This document shows, piece by piece, positions 57,049-64,000 of a stretch of 64,000 nucleotides of DNA (the stretch's first letter is position 1; the number at the start of each line of letters is the position of its first letter). Under the pieces are notes generated by a model. The model saw nothing but the letters and a program-made list of their open reading frames with translations, did not search any database and had not been told where the DNA came from. The position numbers and the translations under genes were made by a program. The stretch is from Candidatus Omnitrophota bacterium (GTDB lineage Bacteria; Omnitrophota; Gorgyraeia; Zapsychrales; JANLHA01): contig JACKFJ010000001.1 of the NCBI GenBank assembly GCA_020632535.1, forward strand, positions 90,890 through 154,889, read 5' to 3'.

Positions 57049-59034
57049 TTATTCACCTAACATTCTTTTAAGCTCACGGACATTATTACGAATTTTCTCA
57101 ATTTGCCGACTTTGCTTTTTGATTTCTTGCTCTTGGTCTTGGGCAACTTTGGTTAAGACGGCAATAAAATCCAAAGTATTTAAAGAGGCGCGATCATTCA
57201 TTGCGACAATTTGTGGGACATCTTCGGCAATAAACCCGATATTCTTTTGTTTTGGAGTCAATTTATAATTAAATGTGACAGGATTCAGTTGATCTAAGGC
57301 CGCTTGTGAATCTGAAGAGGAGAGAAGTTGAATGTTTTCTTTGTATTTTTTACTTGATGTACTCGTCCAGACTCCACCGCCTGTTAAGTAGGCATTGTTG
57401 GCATTCCCGAATTGCATGGCATATGTAGACACGGTTGGGGTGGGTTTATTGACACCGATATAGCCATTATTTTTTATAAGGAAAACGTCACCTGAAGCCG
57501 TACGCTTGATATTTATATAATCATCAGTTGTTCCGATGGCATTGATTTCTAACACTCCTGCTGGAGTTAAATCACGAACACCAACTTTGGGATTCCATGG
57601 GTTGCTGGAAATTGTTCCGGAGGCAATAATGAAGGCATTGGGAGTTGAAATGGATACAGGTGTATCAGAATACCCCCAAACAAAAGTATTATCAGCCGCT
57701 GAAGTCAATTGCATATTTTTCCCTCCCGCCCATGAATATTCACCCGCTGCGATATTGTCAGTTCCTCCCAAGATCATTGAATAATCACCGCTGGCGGTAT
57801 TTCTTTCCCCTCCGCCAACGACAGAATAATTGCCACTGGCGGTATTTGCCCAACCGCCGCCGATTGTGCTGGCAGTTCCTGATGCAATATTATCACGCCC
57901 GCCGGTGATTACGCTGTAGTCGCCTGTAGCTAAATTGTTTTCGCCGCCAGAAACACGTGAATAGGCGCCAGTAATAACTCCCAAGGTGTCAAGGCCCGCC
58001 GTATTATTTTTGCCGCCGCCGATACTGGCAAAGGGAGCGAGAGCAGTATTGTTTTCACCTCCGGAAATGACAATATAATCGTTGCGAGCTTTATTATTTA
58101 AACCACCGCCAATAACGGCATATCCTGTCGCGGCACCAGCACCGATATAATCGATGAGATTATCCTTGCCACCATTAATGTTGGAGTAAGGTGTGGAAAC
58201 GATATTGTTTTCACCGCCACTGATTGTGGAATATATCGCTGTCGCCTGATTATTGTGGCCTCCTAATACTGTCGCGAAATCTGCTGAGGCAATGTTTAAA
58301 TGTCCTCCGGGTATTGTTGCATGGTGACCGCTGGCGGTATTGCTTAATCCGCCGGTTACAGCAGAATAATTGCCACTGGCGGTATTGCTTTGACCGCCGA
58401 TAACATTAGCATATTGTCCACTGGCAATATTGCTATCTCCACCAGCAACGTTGGAATAAGAGCCGCTTGCGGTTGAGTTTTTTCCCATGGCTGTGGAATA
58501 ATCTCCGATATTAGCATTGTTCCATTGGATACCATCAACATGCCCTGCGCGAAAAGCAGATTTTCGTGGATACCAGATCAACCGGCTTTGTGGTGCGCTT
58601 AGAGTATCCTGTAAAATTAGGCCACTGCCGAAAGTTCCTTGTGCGATCATTCCTGCGTCATTAATGAGGCTTAATTTAAACTCTGGAGTGATTGTCCCAA
58701 TCCCAACGTTGAGGTTGGTGTTGGTAGGTGTGTCGGTTAAATAAATATTATCTCCGATTTGTGTCCAAATATCCGTCACAGGACCCCACGTTCCAGCGCC
58801 TGTTACGCTGCGGCAATATTGGAAGTTTCCAGCATTATTGGCATATATGCTCCCGATAACGCAAGGATTTGTAAGGTCAGCACTCCTTGGGAGTAAGCGT
58901 ATCAAATCATACTCACCTGAGCGCACAGGATAATATGTTTGTATCGATACCCCCGGGACTGCTTCCGCATGGTTTGAATAAACCATGAGCAAAGATAAGG
59001 ATAAAATGACAATATGTTTATAAAAAGATCTCAA
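57049..59034 (-). CDS. Fibre-like secreted protein, paralogue 2
   Basis: TTG start at 59034 with GGAG 7 nt upstream. Signal peptide ...SNHAEA|VPG, NVGIGTITPEFKLSLINDAG, RLIWYPRKSAFRAG and very regular 15-mers (SGQYANVIGGQSNTA, SGNYSAVTGGLSNTA). The C-terminal module SSKKYKENI...NPVTFNYK...GFIAEDVP is at 57052-57357. Confidence 0.7.
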   Translation of the reverse strand: MRSFYKHIVILSLSLLMVYSNHAEAVPGVSIQTYYPVRSGEYDLIRLLPRSADLTNPCVIGSIYANNAGNFQYCRSVTGAGTWGPVTDIWTQIGDNIYLTDTPTNTNLNVGIGTITPEFKLSLINDAGMIAQGTFGSGLILQDTLSAPQSRLIWYPRKSAFRAGHVDGIQWNNANIGDYSTAMGKNSTASGSYSNVAGGDSNIASGQYANVIGGQSNTASGNYSAVTGGLSNTASGHHATIPGGHLNIASADFATVLGGHNNQATAIYSTISGGENNIVSTPYSNINGGKDNLIDYIGAGAATGYAVIGGGLNNKARNDYIVISGGENNTALAPFASIGGGKNNTAGLDTLGVITGAYSRVSGGENNLATGDYSVITGGRDNIASGTASTIGGGWANTASGNYSVVGGGERNTASGDYSMILGGTDNIAAGEYSWAGGKNMQLTSAADNTFVWGYSDTPVSISTPNAFIIASGTISSNPWNPKVGVRDLTPAGVLEINAIGTTDDYINIKRTASGDVFLIKNNGYIGVNKPTPTVSTYAMQFGNANNAYLTGGGVWTSTSSKKYKENIQLLSSSDSQAALDQLNPVTFNYKLTPKQKNIGFIAEDVPQIVAMNDRASLNTLDFIAVLTKVAQDQEQEIKKQSRQIEKIRNNVRELKRMLGE

Positions 59035-59038
59035 GATA

Positions 59039-60967
59039 TTACTCCATGTGTTTTAAATTTTTGACTCTGCTTTTTAATTCATTAACTTCAGATAGTAAGG
59101 CGTCGCTTTCTTCTTTTTGTTTTTTGAGAGTGTCTTGCTGATGCGCAATGACCTTAGTCAGAACCGCGGCAATATCCATTGGGGCAAGGCCTTTTCGGTC
59201 TTGACTTGCAATCAAATCAGGGGCATCTTCGGAAATAAATCCTAAATACTCTTGATCTTTCTCGTTGATATAGTTATAGCGAATAGGAACTAGTTTTGAA
59301 AACGCATCCATAGCTTTCTTTAATTGGAGGTCAGCAATGTTTTCTTTGTAAATGCGACTGGATGCCGGCATAAAATTGCCGCTGGCATCTACATAGGCGC
59401 CGCTACTAAAATGCATGGGGTAGGAGGGATTTGTTTGTCCTACGCCAATACGACCGTTATTTTTAATTGTCAAAACATTGCCAGCGGCAGCTACGGTTGT
59501 GCTAGTTAAATTCAGATAATCATCGGTTGACGCATTTCCATTGATTTCCAGTAGGGCTGCAGGTGTTGTATCGCGTATTCCCATTCGGCCTGAGTAAATG
59601 TTAAATGTATCAGCCGTTGTAATGGGTGCAATAGGTGTTGCGGAGTGACCCCAAACAAATGTATTCCCGGCACCAAACCCCACAGACATGTTTTGTCCAG
59701 CTACCGTGCATGTACTTGCATTAATTGCATTGAAGGCCCCTCCGATAATACTAGAAAAAGGGTTGCTCAAAGTGTTTGTAAAACCTCCCGTAATCGTTGA
59801 GGAGAAGCTGGTCATCGTGTTATTGCTTCCTCCTTGGATCGTGGAATGCGAACCAAATCCGTCGATAGTATTATTAAGTCCGCCATTTATAACAGAATTA
59901 TAGCCGCTTGCTTGATTAGTACTTCCGCCTGATACTTGGGCGTAGAAATAATAGCCAAGGTTATTTGAATATCCCCCTGCAATTGTTCCTACGGGTACAG
60001 AAGAAACAATAGAATTGAGGTATCCACCAGAAATCGTAGTTTCTAAAGATCCTGTACTGTTTTGCCGTCCACCAAAAATTGCAGTGGAGTGAGTCGCCGA
60101 TGCTGTATTGTCGCGTCCTCCAGAAATGATGCCTATTGATCCAGCATTACTATACCCACCTGACACTATTCCATTGGTAGATGTTGTGTTATTTTCACCG
60201 CCGCCAATTGTTGAGCCAGGGCCGGCGCTATTACTTTTCCCAGCCACGGTACTATTGATGCCCGTTGTACTGTTGGATTCTCCACCAAGGATTTGACAGT
60301 ATGAAAAAGTACAGCTATTGTTTAATCCACCGGCAATCATGTTATATCCAATGCCTCCAACGGCGGTTGTGTTGCCGTAACCTCCCCAGACGGCATCAGC
60401 GATGCTTCCAGATCTGCTGCCGTATCCCATCGCCATTGAATATGTTCCGATATTGGTATCATCCCATTCCGCGGCAGGGACATATCCCGCACGAAAAGCG
60501 CCTTTGGCAGGATACCAAATCAATCTTGTTCCTGCGCCCGAAATTGGTAGGCTCGCGGAAGAACCGCTGACATTATCAGCAAGAATGCCGCCGTCGTTTG
60601 CCAGTGTCAATTTAAACATTGGTGTGGATGTACCGATACCGACAAGTTTGTTTTCGGGAGTCGAAGTGTCAGTCAGATAAAGGTCATTGGCGTTGAGTGT
60701 CCAAACGCCGGGAAATGGTACAAAAGTTGACAATGGATTGACTCCCGGAGGGATGCAGTAATAAGGAATACTGTTGTCACTAGAGTTAGCGTAGAGTGTT
60801 CCGACAGTGCAGTTGCTGGCCGTCAAGGCCGTTTGAGGTGTTAATTTGATACTATTATAGTTTCCTGAGGGAGCAGGGTAGTAGGAAGTTAAATTAAACT
60901 GCTCAGCGTATGCGGGAGAGCAAAGAATGATAATTCCAATGAATGTGAGTAAGAGCTTTTTTTGCAT
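59039..60967 (-). CDS. Fibre-like secreted protein, paralogue 1
   Basis: ATG at 60967. Signal peptide ...CSPAYA|EQ, LVGIGTSTPMFKLTLANDGG, RLIWYPAKGAFRAG and GG..N repeats. The C-terminal module SSRIYKENI...VPIRYNYI...GFISEDAP is at 59042-59362, followed by a heptad tail. Confidence 0.7.
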   Translation of the reverse strand: MQKKLLLTFIGIIILCSPAYAEQFNLTSYYPAPSGNYNSIKLTPQTALTASNCTVGTLYANSSDNSIPYYCIPPGVNPLSTFVPFPGVWTLNANDLYLTDTSTPENKLVGIGTSTPMFKLTLANDGGILADNVSGSSASLPISGAGTRLIWYPAKGAFRAGYVPAAEWDDTNIGTYSMAMGYGSRSGSIADAVWGGYGNTTAVGGIGYNMIAGGLNNSCTFSYCQILGGESNSTTGINSTVAGKSNSAGPGSTIGGGENNTTSTNGIVSGGYSNAGSIGIISGGRDNTASATHSTAIFGGRQNSTGSLETTISGGYLNSIVSSVPVGTIAGGYSNNLGYYFYAQVSGGSTNQASGYNSVINGGLNNTIDGFGSHSTIQGGSNNTMTSFSSTITGGFTNTLSNPFSSIIGGAFNAINASTCTVAGQNMSVGFGAGNTFVWGHSATPIAPITTADTFNIYSGRMGIRDTTPAALLEINGNASTDDYLNLTSTTVAAAGNVLTIKNNGRIGVGQTNPSYPMHFSSGAYVDASGNFMPASSRIYKENIADLQLKKAMDAFSKLVPIRYNYINEKDQEYLGFISEDAPDLIASQDRKGLAPMDIAAVLTKVIAHQQDTLKKQKEESDALLSEVNELKSRVKNLKHME

Positions 60968-61108
60968 AAAATCAACCTTTAAGAGATAAAGAAAATCTCA
61001 AGGTTACAGAACAGCAACGAGATTAATACATCAAATATACGTTGTAATCTGTGTTTAAGCAATGGTAGAAGTGTATTTATTGTGAAAGCGGTTTCTTTGC
61101 AAAAGACT

Positions 61109-61175
61109 CATTGCGAGGAACGAAGTGACGAAGCAAACGAGAATAGATTGTCGCGCCCTTCGGGTTCGCAATGGG
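61109..61175. repeat. Palindromic repeat family A, copy 2 (short form)
   Basis: cattgcgaggaacgaagtgacgaagcaa is identical to 6198-6225. The right end, cgcgcccttcgggttcgcaatggg, matches the second right end of copy 1 (6277-6299). Confidence 0.85.
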
Positions 61176-61241
61176 TTTCTACTTAGATCTGTTCTTCCCG
61201 TTTAAATAATTGCTTCAAGCAGATAAAATTCTAAAATCATA

Positions 61242-61270
61242 TTGACAAAGTCATGCTCGTTATCTAAAGT
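61242..61270 (+). promoter_or_regulatory. Candidate sigma70-type promoter for the ACP-smc genes
   Basis: Perfect TTGACA, a 17-nt spacer and TAAAGT. GAGG RBS lies 7 nt before ATG 61316. Confidence 0.4.
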
Positions 61271-61315
61271 GAGCTTGTTAATTCCCAAGTAGGCATTTAG
61301 CTGCGAGGTCATGAA

Positions 61316-61585
61316 ATGGCGGAATCAGGTAAAAGTATTAATGTTGAAAAGGATATGCGCGCGCTCGTCGCTGAAATTCTCGAGACCGAGCCGGATCAAT
61401 TAGATCTTTCCGCGAAATTTGTTAAAGATTTGGGTATGGATTCAATGATGGCTTTGGAAATTTTGGCTGGCATTGAGAAAAAGTATCGTATCGTAATTCC
61501 GGAAGACATGCTTTCAAAGTTTACTGATCTTGAAGCAACCGTAAAGCTTGTTACTGAAATTCTTGTTAAGAATAAAAAAATCTAA
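61316..61585 (+). CDS. Acyl carrier protein (phosphopantetheine-binding)
   Basis: 89 aa, with DLGMDSMMALEI containing the Asp-Ser attachment motif in the expected helix II context. Confidence 0.75.
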   Translation: MAESGKSINVEKDMRALVAEILETEPDQLDLSAKFVKDLGMDSMMALEILAGIEKKYRIVIPEDMLSKFTDLEATVKLVTEILVKNKKI

Positions 61586-61619
61586 TTTTTAGAATTTTAT
61601 CCCACCACCAGAGGTCCTA

Positions 61620-64000
61620 GTGTATTTTAAACGATTAGAAATCTTCGGTTTTAAGTCTTTCGCTGACAAAACAACATTGAATTTTGAACCGGGCATCACC
61701 GCTGTCGTCGGACCAAATGGTTGCGGCAAGAGCAATGTCTTTGACGCTATTCGCTGGGTTTTGGGTGAGCAAAGCGTTAAAGAACTGCGCGGCTCAGCGA
61801 TGGAAGATGTTATTTTTAGTGGAACTGATAAAAAGCATGGACTCGGTTTTGCGGAAGTCAGTGTCACATTTTCTAATGAGACGCGTGTTCTTCCGATTGA
61901 ATACAATGAAGTCACTGTTACTCGCCGTCTTTTTCGTTCTGGTGAAAGCGAATATTTGATGAATCGTACACCGGTTCGGCTCAAGGATATCAATGAGCTT
62001 TTTATGGGCACGGGAATTGGTGCCGAGGCCTATTCGCTTGTTCAACAGGGGAAGGTTGATTTAGTCGTCAGTGCTCGACCAGAAGAACGACGCATGATTC
62101 TCGACGAGGCGTCTGGGATTACCAAGTACAAGGCTAAACGCAAAGAAGCTTTAAGCAAATTGGCCGATACGGATCAAAATCTTTTGCGTATCAATGATAT
62201 CGTTGTTGAAGTCAAACGGCAGATTTCTTCTCTCGAAAGACAGGCTAGCAAGGCACGTAAATATAAAGATGAGTATGTTCGTCTTAAAAATTTAGAAGTT
62301 CAAATGGCGCGCATTCAACTTGGTATGGCTTTTGAGCAGCGTCAACAAATCCTTGCGCGATTGGAAGAATTTAAAAGTAAAGAAAACTCATTGATGCAAG
62401 AGATTACACAGTTTAATGATTTGCTCGAGCATCAAGGCAGTTTGTTAGAAGAATTAGAAGATAGCATCAATCGAGTCACGGCGGATGAAATTAAGCTCGA
62501 CGGGCAAATCGATATCAGTAATCGTCAAATTGGTTTTAATGAAGAACGCCTTACCAATATTGAGCAAACTGTTAAGCGTCTGGAAGAAAACAAAGTCGCT
62601 TTGGAGGAACGGGCTCGCTTGCAAGAAGAAAAAATTGCTGAAGCCGCGCAAATCTTGGCTTCTCTGGATGAAGTTGTTGAGAAAAATCGCCAGATTTGTG
62701 AATCTCGTCGGACAGACCTTGCGACTATTGCGCAGGTCGTTAACGCGTCCAACGACATAGTGAAGTTTGAAGAGGAGAAAATCCTTGGGATAACATCCAG
62801 TCAAGTGCATATTAAAAATCGGCTGACGGATGTCATGAAGGAAGTGCAAGGTTGTTTGGCCCGTAAACGTCGTCTTGAATTTGAGAACACTAAGGTTTTT
62901 GGCGAAAAGCAAGAGATTGATCTTAAACTGCAATCGATTTCACAGCAAATCGTTTTTTCGTCGCAGCATCTAGAAGAGCTCAATGCTCGTTTGAAAGATA
63001 ATCTTGATGTTTTAACGCAGATTCAGGGACAGCTTGATGAGTTGAGTCAGCAAATCGACGATCTCGAGAAGAAAAGACTTTTTTTAAAATCGCAAAAAGA
63101 ATTTATCGAAAAACTTTCTGTTCAATATCTAGGGATTCCTGACCCGATTATCGAAGGTCGTATTATTACAACAAGTAAGCCGATGGAGCATCATAGTGGT
63201 CTAATTGGCAAGGTCAAGGAAGTGTTAGAAATGGATCCGAACCGCGCGCAGATTCTTGGCGGTAGTTTGGCTTCGGACGGGCGGCCTCTTTATGAAGTTA
63301 TTTGTGAAGCCAAATTTATTGAATTAGATCCGCAGCAGATTTCCGCGCATATTGACGAACTTGGTCTTGAGATCGACGCTAAGCTTCAGCAAAAAGCACA
63401 AGTGATGACGCAATTGGCGGAACAGGAACTGATTGTAAAGCGAACCAATTTTGAGATTCAGGAACAGGAAAAAAGCTTTTCTGTTTTTCAATCACAAAAA
63501 AATGATGTCAGCGGAGAAGCCAATAAGCTCAATCAAGAATTAGCGATCGTGCAATCTGAATTTGAAGAGGTTACGGGGAGTTTGACTAATCTTAAGATGA
63601 CGGAAGATGATTTGATTCGTCAGCTTGATGCTCTCAATCAGGATTTGGCTTTTAGTCAGATTAAAATTCGTGAAAATCATGACATCATTTCCGGTAAGGC
63701 GCAGGAGCGGGAACAGGTCAGTATTTTGATCAGTCAGGCTGAAACCGAAATTGCTTCTTTAGAGGCGACCAAAAATGGTCATGCGGAAAAAGTCGCGATG
63801 TTGCAAGAAACTTTAGACAGCGCGCGGGGAGAATTGTCGCGTTCTGTTTCTGAAATGCAAGAGATCGATGGTAAAAAGGACCAATACATTCGTGAGATTG
63901 AAGCTTTGCAGGAAAAGATTGAACTGCTTAAGAAGGAAAAGGAATCTTTGACGGGTGTTTTGTCCGGATATGTGCGGCAAAAGGAGGAAGTTTCCAGCCG
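61620..64000 (+). CDS. smc: Chromosome segregation protein SMC, 3' end beyond the window
   Basis: This gene is absent from the ORF track because no stop falls within the window. GTG 61620 follows AGAGG. VYFKRLEIFGFKSFADKTTLNFEPGITAVVGPNGCGKSNVFDAIRWVLGEQS, then an uninterrupted coiled-coil-type sequence (Glu/Lys/Leu/Gln-rich) to base 64000. Confidence 0.9.
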   Translation, partial: MYFKRLEIFGFKSFADKTTLNFEPGITAVVGPNGCGKSNVFDAIRWVLGEQSVKELRGSAMEDVIFSGTDKKHGLGFAEVSVTFSNETRVLPIEYNEVTVTRRLFRSGESEYLMNRTPVRLKDINELFMGTGIGAEAYSLVQQGKVDLVVSARPEERRMILDEASGITKYKAKRKEALSKLADTDQNLLRINDIVVEVKRQISSLERQASKARKYKDEYVRLKNLEVQMARIQLGMAFEQRQQILARLEEFKSKENSLMQEITQFNDLLEHQGSLLEELEDSINRVTADEIKLDGQIDISNRQIGFNEERLTNIEQTVKRLEENKVALEERARLQEEKIAEAAQILASLDEVVEKNRQICESRRTDLATIAQVVNASNDIVKFEEEKILGITSSQVHIKNRLTDVMKEVQGCLARKRRLEFENTKVFGEKQEIDLKLQSISQQIVFSSQHLEELNARLKDNLDVLTQIQGQLDELSQQIDDLEKKRLFLKSQKEFIEKLSVQYLGIPDPIIEGRIITTSKPMEHHSGLIGKVKEVLEMDPNRAQILGGSLASDGRPLYEVICEAKFIELDPQQISAHIDELGLEIDAKLQQKAQVMTQLAEQELIVKRTNFEIQEQEKSFSVFQSQKNDVSGEANKLNQELAIVQSEFEEVTGSLTNLKMTEDDLIRQLDALNQDLAFSQIKIRENHDIISGKAQEREQVSILISQAETEIASLEATKNGHAEKVAMLQETLDSARGELSRSVSEMQEIDGKKDQYIREIEALQEKIELLKKEKESLTGVLSGYVRQKEEVSS

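Noticed and set aside
55110-60967. Prophage or phage-tail gene cluster, suggested by the Peptidase-S74-type tail-fibre chaperone modules.
   Set aside because: No other phage hallmark (capsid, portal, terminase, tape measure, baseplate, integrase, lysis genes) is present within about 55 kb upstream or 3 kb downstream. The flanks are fabV and ACP/smc, and all three proteins carry Sec-type signal peptides, which phage fibres do not.
55110-60967. Numerous + strand ORFs inside the fibre genes (such as 56414..56629, 57536..57784, 59688..59903, 60265..60570 and 60402..60680).
   Set aside because: They are antisense products of the low-complexity Gly/Asn/Ser repeat coding sequence, which is depleted of stop codons on the opposite strand. 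They have no start context and no conservation between the paralogous positions.
61589-62933. Minus-strand ORFs 61589..62011, 61794..62045, 62454..62933, 62525..62758 and 62801..62983, plus small + strand ORFs in other frames.
   Set aside because: All lie inside the smc reading frame (GTG 61620 onward), which has an unmistakable SMC N-terminus and Walker A motif. smc is missing from the track only because it has no stop within the window.

Overview
This is a 64-kb, AT-rich (about 40% GC by eye, not computed), very gene-dense window from an unidentified, probably uncultivated bacterium. I cannot assign taxonomy from sequence alone. I support 53 protein genes. Fifty are on the + strand, and many are translationally coupled through ATGA/GTGA overlaps. 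Layout: (i) 1-15.5 kb is a nucleotide-sugar and tailoring operon. It has a carbamoyltransferase, deacetylase, oxidoreductases and methyltransferases. It also holds a block of SIS isomerase, Fsa/transaldolase-like aldolase, HpcH/HpaI aldolase, HAD phosphatase, two SDRs, a KdsB-like cytidylyltransferase and a 2-hydroxyacid dehydrogenase, followed by GT2 and rfbB/rfbA-like genes. (ii) 15.6-22.3 kb is an atypical Hsp70 module (a J-like membrane protein lacking HPD, a short GrpE-like protein and an 834-aa Hsp70) followed by a Ser/Thr kinase and an FHA protein. (iii) 22.4-36.4 kb is a glycan-assembly locus with GT4, GT2, GT26, a priming phosphotransferase, two O-antigen-ligase-family proteins and gmd/fcl. 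(iv) 36.5-41.7 kb is a 1749-aa secreted or anchored giant protein with an embedded kinase-like domain. (v) 41.8-55.1 kb is housekeeping: pgk, tpiA, secG, an Opp/Dpp-type ABC transporter, a TPR membrane protein, glgC and fabV. (vi) 55.1-61.0 kb holds the only minus-strand genes, three tandem paralogous fibre-like proteins with a phage-tail-fibre-type C-terminal self-cleaving chaperone module. (vii) An ACP and the 5' part of smc close the window. I found no rRNA, tRNA, CRISPR array, transposase or integrase. Two families of short palindromic repeats recur in intergenic spacers, and one copy sits in-frame inside the giant gene. All functional calls come from reading motifs by eye; no database search was possible.
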